A stretch of 64,000 nucleotides of DNA from Cycas panzhihuaensis (taxonomy: Eukaryota; Plantae; Cycadophyta): positions 56,799,741 to 56,863,740 of the forward strand of contig CM041465.1 of NCBI GenBank assembly GCA_023213395.1. The letters are read 5' to 3'. The position numbers and the translations under genes were made by a program. The notes beneath the pieces were generated by a model. That model was not told where the DNA came from and ran no database searches. It saw only the letters and a program-made list of their open reading frames with translations. Positions 58,930 to 64,000 of this stretch are shown piece by piece (the stretch's first letter is position 1; each line of letters opens with the position of its first letter).

Positions 58930-59940
58930 GGAGTTGAACATGTCATTTACTTCGTCAATCATACTCTTGTAATAACTGAAATTAATTAGACCCCTATAGA
59001 AAAAAAGTGTCTTGCACTTATATTTACCACTAAAAAGTTAAGATGTTACCTTCTTGGCAACATGACAAATGTCATTGTGTAGTTAGACCCTCTTCACTAA
59101 TTGCTAATGAAGACTAACTTAATAGGGCAGGAAGGGAAATAGGTGATCCTCTTATAAGAGCATGACCTATAAATGGACAATTAAAAGTCCAAGAAAGGGA
59201 TGGTCATGGCTAAGCAATTGGGCCATACGCCTCTCCCTAACCTTACCAATACTCTTGTAGATGACTCTCTACTTAATGAATCCATTATGGCCCTTAAGCA
59301 AGATAAGTGACAATGCCCTATTGATGATGAATGATATGGTGATATCATTTATTATATAACTCAACAAGTGCATCTTAAAGGTGCGAGTGACAAGGTGAAA
59401 TAATGTGTGAGGGATGAACCTCACCAACACTTCCTCATCTATGATGAATTATACAAAAAGGCATTTGAAGGAGCACTTATTAAATGCATCAATCCTAAAG
59501 AAACCTAAAGGATCCTTTATAGTTACCATAATGACATTTGTGGAGGGCACTTTAGTGGAAAATCCATAGCTCAAAGAATCTTATAGATAGGTTTCTTTTA
59601 GCCTACTCTATTTAAGAACACCCATGTCTATATCCAAAAGTATGAGAAGTGATAAGAGCATTCTAATATCATTCACTGACTATCAAAGGCATTGTATGCC
59701 ATTATCTCTCCCTAGCTTTTCTTATAATAGGGTTTGGACCTCTCTAAGGCTATCATATCCCTGTTATCTTTTTAAGACAACTTCATCTTGATTATAACTT
59801 AATATTTTATGAGTAGGCAGAGGCATTCCCTTTCTCTTTAACTATAGCTAAAGTTGTTGTTACTTTTAGATTCCAATACATTATTTGTCATTTTGGGGTC
59901 CTTGATCTCTTAATTTAAGATAATAGAAGCCTGTTATTTA
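58930..59940 (+). pseudogene. G0 RNase H followed by integrase (zinc-binding domain and start of core); RT is missing
   Basis: PIEKKCLALIFTTKKLRCYLL...; YHNDICGGHFSGKSIAQRIL*IGFF*PTLF...GLD...IICHFGV...DN. Confidence 0.85.
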
Positions 59941-59960
59941 TCATTTTAGGGTGCCAGATG

Positions 59961-62900
59961 TTTTTTTTTTTTTTGGTAAGATAAAATGAATTTAGAGTGG
60001 GTTTGAGCAGGATCCCACAACCTATTACATCAGGGATTACCATGAGAATATTTGACCGTGACATCCCCACGGTCTAGGCCAGAAAGCTATCTGCCGGGAC
60101 AAGCCCCACGACTAGCTGTTGGAGCTCATATCCTTCTCTACCAGAACCAAAAGATCCCTAGGGAAATCACTCTTCCACACTTGACCTTCCTGATGCCTCA
60201 CCCCCCAGTTTGCCAAAAAATCAGCCGGTTTATTTCCTTTTCTGAAGGTATGCCTAATACGGACTTCAGCCAGTCCCTTAATGATCTCTTTGGCATCATT
60301 GAACAGGGACTGGAATCTCCAATCTGGGAGAGCCTCACCTTTTAGTGTCTTAATCACCACCTCTGAATCCCCTTCTAATACCAGACGTTGAAAGTTTCCT
60401 TCAACTGCTAGGTCCAGAGCTTTAAGCATAGCTTGCATTTCCGCATAGTGGTTTGTCTGACATTCATAGTAGTCTGCGAAAGCCCAGATGGGGGAGCCAG
60501 AGCTATCCCTACAGATACCCCCACCCCCAGCTTCCCTAAGATTTCCTTTAGCAGCCCCGTCAAAATTAACTTTGCTCCATGTCTCCTCAGGAGGCTGCCA
60601 TCTACAGAATTTGGGCCTTGCAGCTTCAAAAATAGGAGATAACCCCCATTTACTAAGAATCCTGCTCTCCTGTAAAGAAATACATTTTTCTTTCACATTT
60701 CTAACATTTTCCTTAATATCAGAAGTTATTCTGTTGAAGATGGCGATCTGATCCATCTGGTATTCCTGGAAAATTTGTCGATTCCTCTCTTTCCATATAT
60801 TCCAAGCCACAATCGAGAGCGCAATGTTCCAGATGCAGCTCAGGGTTTTGCTTCTGAAGGGGCTAAGCCAGGCAAGCCATAGATCGAAGGTCTCTTTTGA
60901 AAATGTCCAGCATACCTTGAGTTTTCTGAGGAACATCCTCCAAATCTCTCTACTGTATGCACACCCAATGAAAATGTGGTCCATGGATTCTTCCTCAGAA
61001 CAGCATAAAATGCATCTGTTTGCCAGCTCAATACCTCTCTTCTTAAGATTATCTATAGTAAGAATTTTGTTCTTGAGGCAAAGCCACCAGAAAATTATTA
61101 TCTTGGGAATAATAGGGAGCTTCCAAACCCCTTCAAGGGTTGGATTTCTCTGATCTCCTCTGGTTAAACAAAGGAAATGATATCCTTATTTTATAGTGTA
61201 TTCCCCAGATGGGCCTAGAGGCCACACAACCGTGTCCGGCAAAGTCATTATGGGTATATAATTTTTATGAAGGATCTTTTTAAGCTTGTTTAGACCCTCT
61301 TGCAGTCTTTCCCCTTGAATTTCCTCCAGAGACTTCCATCTCCTGTTTTTGCCACTCCCGGTCCAATAATCCTTCACCTGAGTGCCATATTGCCTGACAC
61401 AGGGCCCCATAATAGGTACCAGGTCGGGATAGTCCTTAAGAGCATTGTCACAGCACCATGCATCCTCCCAGAACCTTATGGAGTTGCCATCTCCAAGTCT
61501 CCATTTCAAGCCATCTCTTATAACTCGCCATGCTTTAAGAATGCTTCTCCAAACAGTGGAGCCAGCCTGCGAAGCATCATTCTCGATAAGGGAACCCCCT
61601 TGAATGTATTTTCTAGCTAGGATCTTCTCCCAGGGTCTCTCACCCCCTTTCAGTAGCCGCCACCCCAACTTAGCCCCTAGAGTAGAGTTAAATGGAGAAA
61701 TCCTTCTCAGGTTAAGGATGCCAGCCCATTTTGGGGTACAGACTTTATTCCAGCTAACCAGGTGTATTCTGTCTTTACTCTCCGTCCCAGACCAAAGGAA
61801 TCTTTTCTGGATAGATTCAATAATATTTGAAATGCCCGCCAGGACTCTGAAGATAGACATCCAATATACTAGAATACTCTGCAACGTCGAAGCGACTAGT
61901 TGGAGCTTTCCGGCTAGGCTTAGAAGGGCGCCTTTCCATCCCACCAGCTTCCTTTGCATCCTATTAATGAGGGGATTCCACATGTCCTTGGTCATTTTCC
62001 CAACAAAGAGTGGCAGCCCAAGGTAAATTGTGGGTAGCTTTTTTATACTCATCCCTAGGATTCCACTTATCCTGCCTTGAACATGGGCCGGGGTGTTTAA
62101 AAAGAAGACATTACTCTTGTTCAAATTTATCTTTTGGTTCGTGGCCTCCTCAAAGTGGCCCAAAATCTCTTTAAATTTGGAGGCTTCGCCCAAAGCCGCT
62201 TTCCCTAGGAAGATGTTATCGTCCATGAATTGATGATGGGCCACAGAATCTACCCCAGATGTCGGTATTATGCCTCTTATGGCTCTCTCCCTTCTGGTGG
62301 ACTCCAATGTTCTACCCAGTAGCTCAGTCATCGTGATAAACAGAAAGGGAGAAAGAGGGTCGCCCTGCCTCAACCCCCTAAATCCTAGAAAAAACTTGGA
62401 GGAGGAGCCATTTATGATGACAGAGAATTACGAGTTGCCAATACATAGTTTTATCCAAGACCGCCAGGTCTCCCCAAACCCAAATGCACCAAGGCAATCT
62501 AACAAGCAGTCCCAGGAGACCCTATCAAAAGCTTTCGATAGGTCGATCTTGACAAGCATCACCGGGTCCTTCCTCTCTGCCGCTGAATGGAGTGTTTCGT
62601 GGACAACAATATAGCCATCGTAAATCTGCCTACCCTGGAGGAAACCATCTTGATTCTGGGAAATGATGCTTGGCATAATTTTCTTCATTCTATTCACCAA
62701 GACCTTCGTTATGATTTTATATTTAACATTGCAGAGGCTAATAGGGCGAAAGTCCTCCATCCTATTAGCCCCTTCCTTTTCTAATAAGGACAAGAAATGT
62801 GGTCTGCCATTCCTGCAGAATCTTTCTGTTCACTTCAAACTCCTTCATCGCTTCCATGAGGTCCCCCTTTATAATATCCCAGAATTCTTGAAAGAACCCC

Positions 62901-64000
62901 GGGGGGAAACCATCAGGGCCAGGCGCTTTGTCTTTCTTCATACCGAAGAGAGTCGTCCTAACCTCCTCTTGAGTAAATGGAGCTGTGAGCTGGGCATTCT
63001 GGTCCTCGTTCACCAAGCAAGGAATGCTGTTCAGGAAATCTCTCCTGCTATCCTCGTTCCTGCATGGCGGTTCGGTGAAGAGATTCTTAAAGTAATCACA
63101 TGCCATCTCCTTCATGTCCTCATCCGAGTTGACTACAGATCCACCATCCATTTGAAGACTAGTGATTCTGTTGTTCGCCCTATGTTTTTCTGTGGTCATA
63201 TGGAAAAATCTGGTATTTCTATCACCTTCGGCCAACCAGAGGGCCCTGGATTTTTGTCTCCAATGGATCTCTTCTCTGATAAGGATCTCCTCCATAGTCT
63301 CAGTGAGCTCCTTCTCAACCTTGTCAATCTCCTCCGATCTGCCCCACCGCTCAATTTGATCCTCGATGCCTTTCAAGTCCTGGATAGTTTTATCCTTTTG
63401 CTCATTTATATTATGAAAGACTTCCTTGTTCCAAGCCTTTACTTACTTTTTAACTTGATCCGGCTTCTTTGAAAATCTGTACATGGCGTGACCCTTAATA
63501 TCAGTGCCCCACCATTCCTCAATTTTCCCCCGCAGGTCTAGATGGCGAAGCCACATTAATTCAAATCTGAAGGGAGCCCCAATGAATCTACCCGGGTCTG
63601 AAAAATTCAAAAGGAGGGGTGAGTGATCAGAGCTGATCCTCAGCAATGCCTCTAAGGCATAGTCAGAGAAGCAGCGCATCCAATCGTAGTTAACCAGCAC
63701 CCTGTCTAGCTTAATTTGAATAAGGCTGTCACCCAACCTCTTATTGGACCAGGTGAAGGATGCCCCCCTAAGGCTGACATCTTCCAAACCCCCCTGTTGA
63801 AGGAAATCTCCAAACTCAACCATACTTGAAGTCCATCCCTCGGTGCCTCCTTTCTTATCGTGAGGATAGAGTCGAGTTGAAATCCTAGCCAAAGACCACG
63901 AGCTGGCAGTCTTTGTGTACCTCGATCAATCTCTCCCAAAGCCTCTTCCTGGCTGATTGAAGAGTTGGGGCATAAACATTGGTAGCGATCCATGGGATAT
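59961..64000 (-). mobile_element. L1-type LINE (non-LTR retrotransposon), 3' part; 5' end outside the window
   Basis: Poly(A) tail (T14 at 59961-59974), ~140-bp 3' UTR, ORF2 fragments. Confidence 0.95.
60112..64000 (-). pseudogene. LINE ORF2 (APE endonuclease - RT - zf-RVT - RNase H), frameshifted
   Basis: FTWSN...KLDRVL...SDHSPL; KAPGPDGFP; FRPISLCN; KIDLSKAFDRV; RQGDPLSPFLF; QFMDD; YLGLPL; DHIFIGC; NFDGAAKGN...EGDS...GNKPADFLA. Confidence 0.95.

Noticed and set aside
60052-63472. Alternative-frame and antisense ORFs over the LINE (e.g. 269 aa at 62663)
   Set aside because: Shadow ORFs of the GC-richer ORF2 sequence with no recognisable motifs.

Overview
Plant nuclear intergenic DNA made almost entirely of nested retrotransposons. 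No intact host gene, RNA gene or CRISPR array is visible. A large gymnosperm-type genome is suspected from element types and divergence (inference only). Reconstructed layout: an old plus-strand Ty3/gypsy (Tat-like) element G0 (gag-PR//RH-INT, ~3.7-59.9 kb) is split inside gag by a ~49-kb minus-strand block bounded by two ~3.1-kb LTRs (G1, 4891-54203). That block holds remnants of a second Tat-like element G2 (antisense plant mobile domain plus a stand-alone archaeal-type RNase H), a 2.5-kb LTR element with an inverted 5' LTR, copia fragments, a 3-kb CRM-like derivative and a full Ty1/copia element A (27424-43874). Copia A in turn carries a three-LTR composite copia B (33421-42173). G0 is also interrupted by a 2.5-kb non-autonomous LTR element and, at the right edge, by an L1-type LINE with a C-terminal RNase H and a poly(A) tail. 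All TE ORFs carry stops or frameshifts. Most notable: (1) a chimeric tandem copia with two unrelated LTR types inside one apparent TSD; (2) a divergent PMD / RNase H accessory cassette; (3) a hairpin with the PPT in its loop at six copia 3'-LTR junctions of mostly different sequence; (4) an inversion of one 5' LTR breaking exactly at its terminus. All alignments were done by eye, so boundaries of the old elements are approximate.
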